A stretch of 64,000 nucleotides of DNA from Balanoglossus misakiensis (taxonomy: Eukaryota; Animalia; Hemichordata). Under the pieces are notes generated by a model, which was given only the letters and a program-made list of their open reading frames with translations, was not told the DNA's origin and did not search any database. Below, piece by piece: positions 1-12,700 of the stretch. Numbering within the stretch: the first letter of the stretch is position 1; every line of letters begins with the position of its first letter. The stretch lies in NCBI GenBank assembly GCA_040954595.2, contig CM082598.2:3778565-3842564 (forward strand). Reading direction: 5' to 3'. Made by a program: the position numbers and the translations under genes.

Positions 1-622
1 AAGAAGCCAACGCAGCCGCCGGAATGGGAAGTTACTATGCGCCACAGAAACGGACAGTTGAAACGCAAAAAGTGACAGAAAAGGAAATGGACCAATCAGA
101 CAAATAGGAGTGAAAATCATTTAACAATGAATGTGTTTTTCATTTGTCAATAAAAAATGAAAAATTGAAATGGAAGTTTGTGTATGGTGTTGATTTCAAG
201 GACTTTTATATAACCTGTTTGTTTCTTTATTTTTCAAGACCATATCAATTTGAGGGTGCTCATAGATTTACTTTCATCTCAGTCAGGATCCCTGTCTCCT
301 TCAAACCACTGGTGGCGCTATGCTCATGAAAAGTAGGGCTGGTGCATGGTGGGAGAAACGTTTCCTGACAATCTGCCCCCCCCCCCCCCCCCCCCACCCC
401 CGACACACTGTAGCTGTAAACTGTATAAACCAAAAAGTAATGAGAAATATTTTTGATATTTGGATATTATATTTATTGTCTCTTTAGCAAAATATACACA
501 TAGATCATTTACAATATTTACACTTCTAAAAATCTATTTTGTAATCATCTATAGAGATAAAGGAAAATATGAATAGTCATTAAATTATTTACATAATTAG
601 GATATGATTGACAGTCGTGCCT

Positions 623-715
623 TTAACCCTTTCACCCCCAATTCCCTCTTTAGAGGTCCAACTATACCATAGAAAACAATGGATTTGGACCAAACCATAG
701 TGGTGAAAGGGTTAT
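623..715. mobile_element. ~90-bp TTAA-flanked MITE family (related copies near 1908-1999, 2577-2660, 61811-61902, 63554-63630)
   Basis: TTAACCCTTTCACC...GGTGAAAGGGTTA termini and a shared core (GGTCCAAC..CCATAGAAAACAATGGATTTGGAC..AAACCAT) in several dispersed copies. Confidence 0.7.
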
Positions 716-2132
716 AGAACCCTCTGTCATTAAACTCTTACAGTAGAGAAGTATTTCCCTTTTTACATTTACACTTCTAGTGAAAAGTTTCATGAAATTG
801 TGGCTCCCCACAGAAATCTATTCTACAATGTACGATACAAACATGGTTACCATGATCAATCATATCAGGTTGAACAACAAAAGTTTGAGTGCATCATTGA
901 CCTGATCACATAAAAACTTACAAAAGGTATCATATCTTAGCATGATCATCATGTCTTCATATCAGCTAGAAAATATCTTCTTCAGATATTTCATTATCTT
1001 ATTAACTTATTTCTATTCACAATAAATTTTACATATCTATAATATTCATATATTAGTCAAAAATCTCCTACACTGTATTTACATCATTTATGCTTAAAGC
1101 TACAATTTTTTTTAACATGGATGACACGATGACAGCTAACAAGCGTATGAAATTACCTTGAAGGAAATTAACATACAAAAGATCAACGGTATTAAATGGT
1201 ATAAATTTGAATATCAAGGAAAAAGTCAGTGTTTTTAAAGTTACCATATATGCTTTGTGAATGCCATTTAACTGACACTTCATTATTAGACAACACCCCC
1301 TTTAAATCTAATGGAATAGCCCACTTCTGTTAATTAGATAGGGCCAGGCTGTTACTATTAAATCATTATGGGGTAGGCACTGTGCAATATCATGTGACCC
1401 TGATCCTTCAAATCAAGGTTTATAACCCCTTTATAAAAAATTTCCTGACTTTGTTTCTTCGAAGAAGACACTATTTTTTACAATGCAGCTGCATGTCGGT
1501 CAAAAACTAATCTGGAATTCAAAATAATGTAAATATTGAAAGAAAAATATGTCAGTGGCTTTACAAGAACTGGTAGATCTGACACCATTAAAATAAGTTC
1601 AGATTCATGCATTGATTTGACATCTTTTGAAATGCAAGTCATTATGTTTGTCACAGCAAATACCCACCCATGGAAAACAAACAAACAAGAAAGGTTTGTT
1701 TAAAATGCTCAAGAATAAAAACTGAAATTCAAAGTACTAAAAATTATGAAATTTTAACAAGGCATCATTTTATGAAATTTTGGGAAATTTTCTACCGATA
1801 TGATATTTCAGATTGTGAAAAAAAATTAATATTATGAACATTACTTTGGCTGTTTTGGCACAAAAAATAAAAATAGGGTAACAAAACCTTTAGATGAATT
1901 TCATCGTTAACCCTTAACTACCATTTTCCACTAAAGAGGGTCCAACTTTTCTATGGAAAACAATGGATTTGGACTAAATAATGGTGGTGGATGGGTTAGG
2001 ATGAGCAAATGAATGCGGAATTTTCATACTCCAATCCTTAGTCACAGAACTCCGTTTTTCTTAATAAAATTTCAGTAGCCCTTCAGGTAAGATAGTGAGT
2101 TGACTGTTACTGCAAAATAGGACGGTTAACAT

Positions 2133-5100
2133 TTACGGAAGGATTTGCGACCTAAACTCTTGCAGCTTCATCGTCTTCACCGCAATGCGTAGATCCTTCT
2201 TTTCCTGGTTGTCCCTCTCGATATCCCGGAAGTGTTCCCTCCTGGTGACTTCGGATCTCCTCATCTGTTCGTCCCGCATCCCTTCCTGTTGGCGTTCCTC
2301 GTTCAGTTTGTCGTTGTGCTTGATCCATCGGATGGCAGCGTTCTGTCTCTTGATGGCCTGTTCAAAGAAAATTTGACAGTCAATTTTAAATTTAGAGAAA
2401 TTTTCACTAAAAAAATACATTCTGCACTTTTCAGGAGTGAACTGGCTTTATCACAGGTGTTCCACAACTATACTTAACCCTTTCACCACCTGAAGTTTTA
2501 CAGTCAATTTTAAGCTTAGAGAAATTTTTACTTAACAAATTGAAATACATTCTGCACTTTTCAGGAGTAAACTGGCTTTATCAAGGGTATTCCACAACCC
2601 TTTCACCACCATGGTTCAGTCCAAACCCATTGTTTTCTGGTAAAGTTGGACCATACCAACAGGCCAGTCATGACAAGAAAGGGTGAAATCTTGGAGTACA
2701 TTAAAAGCATTCCCCTAGTACTGACCTCTCTCCTTTGAATCGTTTCGTCGATTTCTCGCTGTCTCTGGGCCTGGACCTCTGCCCTTCGCTGCGCCCTTAT
2801 TGTCAGTGCCTCCTGCCTGGCCCTTTCTTTCTCTTGAGTTCGCTCGGCGTAGCCGTCAATTCTCTGCATCACTTGCTCAGTCAAGGCTCTCTTGGTCTCC
2901 ATGGCGTGTGAGATCATTTTCTCTTCGTTCTGAGTACGCTCCATGTCTTTCTGAAGTCTGTCCCTTTGCAATAACCTGGTGAGAGATTTCATGTATGTCT
3001 TCAATTTTCTCATAAAGGACTTGAAGAAATTTAATTTTTGGCCAGTTTTCAAGTATCACTATCAGCATCTTGGTCTTTTCCTGGCCTTTTCCATTGCATC
3101 TTGGAGAATCTTTATGTAAAAACTTATCTATAATATTTCTGTGATGTAATAGACCGTTTTATCACGGCTACGATCACCCCCCCCCCCCTTGGAATAAACT
3201 GGACTAGTCCATCATAGAAATAACATGGGTGATTCCAATACACTCCTTAAAAGCAGGGGTTAGAAGGCACAATTTCTTACCTCGCTTGTTCATTCCTCAT
3301 TGCTCTCTGTCTATCAGCGTCAACTTCGCGCTGGTTAAGAAGAAGTTGTCGCTCCAGCGCCTGACGTTTCTTGCTCTCCAAGTAGCCCTGTTCCTTGGCT
3401 TCCCGGGGTCGGTCCCTGCGCCCGATGCGATGGTGCGCCGGGGCCAGGGGTGGGTGCGGCGCCTCGAAGCTCCGCCCCCTGTGTCTCAACAGCCATTCCA
3501 TCTGGGCGCGGTCGCTCTGGATGTCCTTGACGACCGAGCCGAAGACGGACGAGGAGTTGGTGGGGCCGAACATCTCGGGGTCCGGAAGGAACGGCTGGGC
3601 GCGGGCTTCCATCGGCGCCTTCATCGCCGTCTCCCGGAACGGGGTCACCCGCTTCGGGGCCCCGCCCGGTTTCCCGGGATCGCCGTGAGACCAGTACCGC
3701 CACTCAGGGCGCTCGTCGAGTTCCTTTCTCTTAAACTCCGGGGTATTATAGAACAAGAGTCTAGAGTCTGTGCAGACGGCTTTGTCCACTCGATCTGGAT
3801 AACTTGCCCGGACGTCTAGGTCGTCTTCAAAGTCATCTTCGAGATCACGAACAGTTTCTTCCTCCTCCATGGTCATCTCAGGTTCGTCTTTTGGCCGTTT
3901 GATGTCGACTTCGACTTCCCCGTACGTCGAACCGAAACCGCTGTCAATCTCCGCGCCGTCTCGGAACGACACTCTCTTGAGGCTCTCCCTCAGCGGCGCG
4001 TCTTCCAGATGCACTCGGTGGCCGTTGATCATCTTGTGGCTGACCAGCTGCCTCATCACTTTGTCGTTGAGCTCCGCCTTGGTCAGGTTCGTGCCGGGGA
4101 TCACGCGCTCGATCTCGTCGCGCTTGACCGCGGCCGGCCGCGTCAGACTCTGCGGGACGACGTACACGCGATCCGTGTCCCCGTACACCGGAACGAAGAC
4201 CTGCTTCTTCTGGATGTTGCGGATCCGCGTCACTTCCTCGTAATCCGGCGGGTCCGGGACCACGCCCACCACGGGATACCCGGGACTTGTGACGTACGGA
4301 TAGGCCGGGTGACTTTGAAGGTACGCCCTCGCCGAAGCGGGCATCTGAAGTTCAAGCGTGATTCGGTCAAACAAATGCAGCGGGACCCACAACGCTGTCT
4401 GTTTCAGCACGTTGACCGTGATCCCGTTGAAGAAATTGATGGTGAGGAAATCTGAATCAGCAGCATCTGAAAAAAAAAACAGTAATCAAGATTAAGGTAA
4501 TTCGCACCTCTAAAATCAAAAACCAAGTCAGTTTCAATTTACTACATAACTTTTTATGATTTAAGAAGAATTTTGTCAGACTAAAGGTACACGGTGCGAC
4601 TACAGGTATGGGGCATCTTTATATTTAGGACTTTTGGTCTTGGCCCCTTGCACCCCCAAGATGAATCCAACCATTCTACTGAAAACAATAGGGTTACACC
4701 AAATTGCAATGATGTATAGGGGAGGATTGTCTTAACCGCCATCTTGGAAACAAGGTGCGTTGTGGGATAGAACTGGGGGGCTTTTGGAGGGGTACTTCCG
4801 CAAGTTCTATCCCACAACGCACCTTGTTTCCAAGATGGCGGTTAAGACAAACCTCCCCTATAGGTAGGCTGCCTACACTGGATTGCAGGGACTGTTCTGT
4901 TCAACACTCACCACCAGCTAATCTGCCTTCTACCCCTTCCAAGACAGTGCCGGGACCATATCGGACACCTTCTTTTTCCCAAGGCGCCAGAACTTTGTCG
5001 CCTGGCACGACAGTGTGCCTCAAGGCGTCGTCATAAGCGATGATATCAAACACAGCAGTCTCCTGTAGTCTGGTCTGGTGTTTTCCGCCACCTGGGATGG

Positions 5101-7030
5101 CGTCGAATTCAACAAGGAACCGTCGACTCAGAGTAACCTGAAAATATTGACAGAAAAGAAGGGTAGTATTACTATAACAGTGTTCTCCCCAGGATTTTTG
5201 GAAAGCGTGGTGACTAATTTGCATATAATTTGCATATTTTACATATCATTAGCATTAATTTTGCATAGGAGCCTGGAGTCCTTACAACTGCATATGGAGT
5301 TTATGGTATAAGTACAGTGTATGATTGAAAAATTGAAACCCATCTTTTTAAGTCTTATGATTATGATTTGAGTAATCGTACAGTTGTCATTTTGGCAATT
5401 ATTTGATCTCTGTATATTCTGCTAGTGGGGAAGTATAAAAAATAAATAAGTACGTGAAATAAACAATCATGAGCAGGATACATGTTTCAGTTGCTACACA
5501 ACAAACAACTGTCAACTCGACCCTTGAGACGCGTAAAGGTGGCTTTGATTAAACTTTACACCAGTTATTAACATTCCAGGTTAGTTTCTATCAGCTCCTA
5601 GGTGAATGCTTTGTTATGTGATATCCAGGTCACTGTTAGGTCACAGGTCTGGCAGACTGATTGTGTCACTGATCTACCTGGTACAAGTAACTATGGCGAT
5701 AGAACTGGGGTGAAAGGGTTAAAGGGACATTATCTGTAACTTTTGGCTATTCGTTCTGTATTGTTCTATGGACTACAAAATTTCAGTTTACTCCAATTAC
5801 CATACTGAAATACTCAGTATTCTAATCTATCAACATAACTTGTACATTTATGCGAGTGATGTTGATAAGCCAAACACTGGGTATTGCATGACGTGATTGG
5901 ATTATGTGAGGTGTGTGAGTATGAAAAAACGGTTATACCTGCTGCTTGATGGTTCCCAGATAATAGTAACCATCTTTGTCACGTCGACACAGAACTCTCA
6001 TACCGGCCATGAGGGCAGCGCCTGTCACCGAAAACCTCTCATTGTCAACAACCACCCTTTTGACGAACCGGTGTGGACGGACTGTCTCCCAGGCAATGTT
6101 TGGGTATTTCGTCAACGGGTCGGCAGTGTAGACTATTGTGCCGGGTTCGTCAGGTGCATTGAGGGGGCCTTCCAAGTAGGGATTGTGGTCGAGGGAAGTC
6201 ATAACGCTGCAGGTTTTGCCCTGTGTCACAGGTCTTGCGCCTTCGATGTAGGTTGTCGTGGAAACAGTGGGGAGTTTATCAAGCGTTGTGTGAATACTTG
6301 TGTTCTCCACCCCGTCGTCGTGGACGTAAGTCTTTGTGCTGGTTACTGGTGGATTGTCAAGGGTCGTGAGAATAGTCCGTGTTTTCACAGGTTCTGGGTC
6401 GAATTCATAGACGTTTGTGACAAGTCGTTCGCGTGCGTGGTCCTGGCGGATGACCGCTTCAACTCGCTCCACCTGGCCAAGCCGTGATGTGCTGATCACG
6501 TTGAATGTTCCAGCGGTCTGGATGGCCAGGTTTTCCAGGAAATCGTAGGCTGCAGTGTCGGCGTGGGTGCCTGTCAGAAGAATAGCGTGGACCGGACGCC
6601 CCTCGCTGGCCACTGCGACCTGCTGTAAGATGAGGGTCGTCTGCTGGTGGGGCAACCCATCAGTGACCAGATAAACAGATTCACACCCCGGGTCACTGAA
6701 GGCTACCAGCAACGCGTCTAGCAAATTTGACCCGCTCTTGGATGTGATCTTGCTGAGCCATTCGTTAGCCACAGTGACAGTTTGCGGGGTCAACTTCACC
6801 ATTCTGTCCGCCCATGGCGACACTTGGTCCGAAAACTCGACGATGTTAAAATGACAGTCACTCCTCTGGTACGATCTGGACAATAAAACTTCCAACAAAT
6901 GTTCTTTAACCATATCCATGTAGTTATACATGCTCCCGGACGTATCGATGAGAAACGTGATATTCTTTTCGTCAAGTTCGCCGAATATTGTCGGGGTTCC
7001 TCTCTTCCGCAAGATAGGTATAGCCGCCAT
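2133..7030 (-). CDS. vWA-domain + DUF4537 + C-terminal coiled-coil protein (VWA3B / C11orf16-like), 5 coding exons, ~992 aa
   Basis: Exons (minus): 7030-5939, 5137-4912, 4466-3281, 2975-2726, 2357-2133. All introns are GT-AG with compatible phases (0,1,2,0). The N-terminal vWA carries a MIDAS-like DTSGS motif (IFGELDEKNITFLIDTSGSM...VYLVTDG), as in VWA3A/B. GMRVLCRRDKDGYYYLGTI / GDKVLAPWEKEGVRYGPGTV / LTINFFNG...ALWVP resembles DUF4537. The last two exons are E/R/Q-rich coiled coil. Confidence 0.8.
2376..2597. repeat. Imperfect ~95-bp direct repeat in the last intron of the vWA gene
   Basis: ACAGTCAATTTTAA..TTAGAGAAATTTT...ATACATTCTGCACTTTTCAGGAGT.AACTGGCTTTATCA occurs twice. Confidence 0.75.
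4715..4862. mobile_element. Foldback/palindromic MITE in intron 2 of the vWA gene
   Basis: ~59-bp near-perfect inverted arms TATAGGGGAGG.TTGTCTTAACCGCCATCTTGGAAACAAGGTGCGTTGTGGGATAGAACT and its reverse complement. Confidence 0.75.
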
Positions 7031-7647
7031 CTTTGATTTCAATATTGTCCGACAAGAAATATTGAACGATGAAAAAATTATTTTGGGCGACAGATAGAAA
7101 TGAACTGGTTATACTTATCGCATGAGAAGTGTTTAGAGTAGCTGGCTGTTGAGTTGAGAGGGTATCAGATGCACAGAAGTAGGTAAAATTGCAGCAAACA
7201 ATGTAGAGATGTCATCCACGCATCCCAGCGTACAGTCGATAGGCCATCTGCTCGTTGCCGTAAATATTCAGGTTGCTAGGGTGCCTTTCATTGTTTCCAG
7301 GACGTTATAAACAAAGCTTTGCATTTCGGGAGGGAAGAATTGTTATTTGAAACTGACTAATTTTCAACCTCTTGCATTGAAGCAAGTAAAGACACCTTTA
7401 AAGAAATAAATGTACTACAAATTTTTAATATTTTGAAGACTTTTAGTGTGGACGCTGCAATTAATTGATTGATGGGTCAAAGGTCAAAGCATATTACGGA
7501 GAATCCCGAACCTCCCCGAATGAGAGCCGCCATTTTGGTTCGCGAAAGGGCATCTGGCAGACGGAATCGCTACCTACTGATCACCGGGTGTAGATTGTGG
7601 TTCGTAACGTTCCTCACGGCTCTGCCCCAGTCGAACCAGACACAAAG
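7031..7647. promoter_or_regulatory. Putative bidirectional promoter between the vWA gene and NDUFB2
   Basis: Divergent ATGs ~620 bp apart. YY1-type GCCGCCATTTTG at 7526-7537, DR1 GGGTCAAAGGTCA at 7474-7486, RFX half/X-box-like sites at 7254-7303, forkhead TAAACAA at 7308. Confidence 0.55.
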
Positions 7648-8438
7648 ATGTCTTCGCTAACAAGGTTCAGGCCAGCCCTGTTAGCTTTCAGGTCACTTAG
7701 GTCGCCACAGATTCAGCAAGTCCGACAGTAAGTTTAGTTTCCATCACCAGTCACAATGCGAGCGTCTGCAAAGCAAAGGTCACCTGTCATTGACCTCACG
7801 TATATTGATAAACACTGCACAGTAGGAGATATCATGGGCAAATTTGCCAGCTGCATCTTGAGATCTTGCCCGGTGTTTGGGATATGCAAAATCTGGAGTT
7901 GGAGAGATTATACTTTCTAAGAGATATATTGGCAAATTGTATCAGAAAGAAATATGTGTAACCTTGTGAACATTTCTTGAAACTGATCTGTGATCATGTT
8001 TCCTTTCAATGTGATTGCAGTGGTTCTCTAGTATACAGAGGAGTGCCACCGCCCAGCAGAAAATCCTACTGGTGGGGGGAAGCTATCATGGGATTTATGT
8101 GGTTTTGGATCCTTTGGAGGTACTATCATGAACCAGAGATGGTCTGGGTAAGTCAAGAAATGCAAGTATATAGCCAGGGTTCTGCCCAGGTTGACAGACA
8201 ACTCATTAATATTCATGCTCATTAATTTCCATGTATGTTGCAAGTCATACCAATTCACCAATGTATCAAAATGAGACATAAACAAGTCTTAATGCTTATG
8301 CTTTCTAGGGTCAAACTTGGTCTTGAAAAAGTGACACACTCTTCATGTTTTTATTCGCAGGGTCATTTCAAATACCCAGATGCTTCAAAGTGGACAGACG
8401 AGGAGTTAGGTATTCCAGCAGATGACGAAGAAGATTAA
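7648..8438 (+). CDS. NDUFB2: NADH dehydrogenase [ubiquinone] 1 beta subcomplex subunit 2, 3 coding exons, 94 aa
   Basis: Exons 7648-7727, 8021-8147, 8361-8438 (GT-AG, phases 2,0). Arg-rich mitochondrial presequence MSSLTRFRPALLAFRSLRSPQIQQVR. The C-terminus [42 protein letters not shown] matches the NDUFB2 signature. Confidence 0.96.
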
Positions 8439-9089
8439 ACCTGTAACTGCTTATATGAGCTTGAAAAAAAGTTTTAGGTAAGGACAACTTATACAGATGT
8501 GTACTTTTAACTGTGGGTTATTTTTAAAAAAATTGTATTTATGATATTAATGATTCTACTTTCATTTACAGGTGCTGTGAATAGACTTGCATACAAGAGT
8601 ATTGGTTTTAGACGGGGCAACATTTAGGAGTGTTCAGTGTGTGGTCTCCAATCAAGTTCATGCGAAACACCACCAAAACAACAACAGTAATACCTATGGC
8701 ATCTTCAGAGCTGCTTTCTTGTGTTTGCTCTCCTCATTTCTTGATAAGAACCGCCTTCCATCAGAATTGCGTAGGACTGATTAACCCTTTTGAACCTGAC
8801 ACCATAGGTCACCAGGAGGTCAGGGTTCAAAGGGCAAAGAGGCCGCTCTTGCTTGAACTGTGCATATCCTGCACCGACGGCCCCATTATGACATTTGAGC
8901 CATTACCGTCTCCATTCAAATGAGTCCAGTTGTATGATATGATGAGGTCAGCAAACATAGGTGGCTTTTCTCTAGATAGGATGTACTTCACGATAATTTC
9001 AGTGTTTTGTAAATAAGTCCGAAGTTTGAGTAAAAAGATTGTTAAGTGATCACAATAAGTTGCCTGTTGTCATTAATTTTGCTCTTGGT

Positions 9090-9126
9090 ATTCATTCATT
9101 CATTCATTCATTCATTCATTCATTCA
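9090..9126. repeat. (ATTC)n microsatellite
   Basis: Read directly from the sequence. Confidence 0.9.
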
Positions 9127-9769
9127 TAGACAACTACTTAAAGTTCTTGGTTAAAAAAAGACATAATATTCCCTGATAACTGTCATAAATTCCTGGAGTA
9201 TTGCAAGTTATCTTTGAACAATGCATAAGGAAGGCACAAGCACAAAATTCACAGGACAATGGAAGTCTATAAATAAGCCAATTTCTTCAAAATGACAATT
9301 AAACAAAATGCAATACATTCACATAATTGTGGAATATTTGCAGTTCTGCAATAATCAGTACACCATTAACCATACGCTTAGATCTTCACACCGGTTAACG
9401 GGTTTAAAACCTGCACCCACCCACCCCTATTTCTCCAAACAATCAGAAACAACTGGATCAGAGACTGAAACAAAGCCCTCTAGGTCAACCACGGTGTTTC
9501 ATTCAGGATGGCATCAACAGAATATACGAGGGGGTTCCACTCTGGCAAGGGGCATTGTAATACCTTCGACATGATGTGAATGACATTTTAAGGGGTACTG
9601 GTCCCCGGCCCCCGTGACAAAGTGCTGGGGGTGCCAACATGTCAACAGGGGGTGAACTCCCCCCCCCCCTTCCCATCTAGATGAAACACTGCAACCCTTT
9701 TCCAATCTTGCAGCCATCGAATTTTGACTTGTTCTTTCATTATAAGCAAAACCGTCCCCACAGATGTAA

Positions 9770-12700
9770 CTATTCTTCTATGCTTGAGGTCACTGAGTCT
9801 TGTTCCTGAGCGGCGGTTGCCTCACAAACCTCGTTCGTAATTAACTGCCCGTTAGCCGGGAGACCCTGGGAAGAACTGGGTACCTGCGGGTGCTGCTGTT
9901 GCTGCTGTATACCCATCTGGGGCTGCAAGGGAACTGCAGGGGGCAATTGCTGGGGTTGAACCTGAGTGGTGTCTGTATCGTGGTCGTTGTACGCGATGGG
10001 GCGCCGTATTCGAGTCGTCCGCCGCGGGTTATCCAGCGTGTAGTCGCCGCTAGAGCTCGGCTCCATGCTGCTGTCGGCTGGCATCTGCACGGCGGCTTGA
10101 TGGTAGCGCCGAGTGACCGCCCCGTTCGCTCGCATCGACGACTTGGGAGTCCGTGTTTTCGTCTCGCGAGGTCCCTTGCAGATCTCGCTGTGTCTCTTGA
10201 GGTGGTACTTGGTCAGGAATGCCTTGTCGCACCGGTCGCACTTGTACTCCCGGGTCCCTGTATGGGTCAGTAAATGTTTCTTGAGATGCTGTAGCCGCCA
10301 AAAGATCCGTCCGCACTGGTTGCACTGTACCTGTGTAGTCGAACATACAGGATATAATTCTTAAAGGGACAAAGTCTCTCTCTTGCTGCCCATTTTCTAT
10401 TAAGTATGTTAGATACAAGACACTGTTTATATTATTCTACATGTGGATATATAGTGAATCAACGTTCGACCACACACAACTTCCATCCTGTTTGTAGGAT
10501 ATGAGAGTAAAAATCTCGCCAAAATAATAAAAGGTAAACACTGATTATTTATTTTGGTGAGTTTTTCACTCTCGTGTCTACAATTGGGATTGAAGTTGTG
10601 TGTGGTCGAACATTGATTCACTGATTCACTATAAAAATTGCTGTACCAGTGGCTGAAAAAAAAAGAAATTTGCTTTCATACCCATCCCCCTGAAATCAAA
10701 TGGTTCTCCCCTTACCCCCCCTGAAATCAAATGGTTCTCCCCTTACCTGTTTTTCTTTAGTGTGCATATATTGGTGCTGCCTGACATCCGAGTGTCTGCT
10801 GAACATCCGGTCGCAATACTGGCATTTCAGTTTCTTCTCTCCCGTATGGATCACCATGTGTGAGGTCACATGTGCTTTCTGACGGAAGGTCTTGTCACAG
10901 ACGTCGCATTTGAACTTCTTCAAACCTAGAAAGTCACAGAATTACACTACTATTAGCTTAAAGCACCTAGCTCGTCTCACACGAATGTTCCAGCTGTAGC
11001 CGCTGGTTACAGACGTTTAGTATACTGTCAATCCCATAAGGCAGTGCTCTGAGAAGATGGCGGCGATCATAATCTGCGTCGGAGATCGGGAAAAGACACT
11101 AGCTTGGTTGAAAAGGAGGGACAAAACCAGAATCAACTTATACGGTCCGCATGAAATATGGAAGGAAGCGAAGGCAGTCCACTATTTGAATGCATCGAAC
11201 GGAAAATATACCAAGGGGAACCCTCGCTGGTAAAATGACTGGAGAACCCCGGTAACATTTACCTAGTCCCTGGGTACCGCCCTTTACAAATTTCTGTAAG
11301 GTGAATTTTGCAGGCGCTATGCCATCCAATGCCCTTACCTGTATGGATGGACATGTGCATTCGCAAGTTGCTGGGATCCGTAAATGTCTTGTCGCAGTGC
11401 TCGCACTTGTGGGGTTTCACCCCCATATGGACGAGCACGTGGACGTTGAGTTTGGCCGAGGAGGTGAACGCCCTCGCGCACATGTGACACTTCCACTTGC
11501 GCACGCTCATGTCCGGGTGCGAGTACTTCATGTGTCGTCCAAGCTGGTTGAGGTCCGCGAACTGTTTCTCGCACTGACTGCACTTGTAGGACTCCTCGGG
11601 TCTCTCTGTTACTCCTGTGTGTGAGGAACAAACGTTAAAGGGGCATTTACGTCTGCTGGGTTTTGTCTATATGGATCTACACATTAAAGGGGCACATTGG
11701 TCTGCTGGTTTTGTCTACGTGGATCCACACATTAAAGGGGCACATTGGTCTGCTGGTTTTGTCTGCATGAATCCACACATTAAAGGGGCACATTGGTCTA
11801 CTGGTTTTGTCTATATGGATCCACACATTAAAGGGGAACATTGGTCTATTGGTCAACTAACATCAAATGGGAATAGGGTTTGTTGGTCTTTATATATATG
11901 TTTCTCTTTAAGGTTCCATCAGACTTTGACAAAAAGTCACCATAACAATCCCTGCTTTCATGACCATTATAAACTCAACGTTCATATTCTCTAATTCACA
12001 TGAAATTCAATGACATTTTCAGAGGATTTTTCGGCTCTTTAGAGTCGTTCACAAGTACTTCCCAAAAGCACACAAACTCTGCAAATATCAAACACACCTA
12101 TAAGCTTTGCATAGTCCCTGTTGTACCATACAAGCAGCTCCTCGTTTGGTTTGATGTACCGATTGGTAGTGAAGTAGATCCCAACACCGTATTGATGAGC
12201 GACCAGATTCTGTTCTTGCTGCGTTCTTGCACGCCTCACAAACACCATCCAGTTGGCTTCGTTTTCATCACGCCCGTCGACCTGATACGCAACTTTGCCC
12301 TCACGGAAAATCTATCACAAGAAAGATTACAACTAATTATTTTTCACTTTATAGGCAAAAGTATTAATCTCTTGCAAGTACGTAGTTTGTTATCAGGAAC
12401 ATTAAATGTGTTTTCTACAGATTTTACAGCCTGTCACCAGAGAAATATTATCACATAACATTTCTTCTTTTCACTGTACCTTATATTCACTACTCTGCAT
12501 ACTATCTGCAATACTTACATCCCATATGACTGGCGAGTGGATGCTGCCTTCTGCATCCATGGGCTTGATCATTTTCCCTTGCAGCGGTCCAAACATCACT
12601 CTGCTGGGAATGCCCTCGTAGGTCCATACACCCAGAACTCCTGTCACAACAAAGAAAACATTTACAGTGTTGAAAGGTCATGATCAATAAAACATTTTCC

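Noticed and set aside
3229-4455. Several plus-strand ORFs of 97-196 aa
   Set aside because: Shadows of exon 3 of the minus-strand vWA gene.
8938-8978. SECIS-like ATGA...AAA...GA stem in the NDUFB2 3'UTR
   Set aside because: Weak pairing, and NDUFB2 has no in-frame UGA (it stops at TAA).
11617-11994. ORF with repeated PHIKGAHWSAGFVY units; repeat array superficially CRISPR-like
   Set aside because: Intronic 48-bp minisatellite with no unique spacers and no cas genes, in a eukaryotic context.
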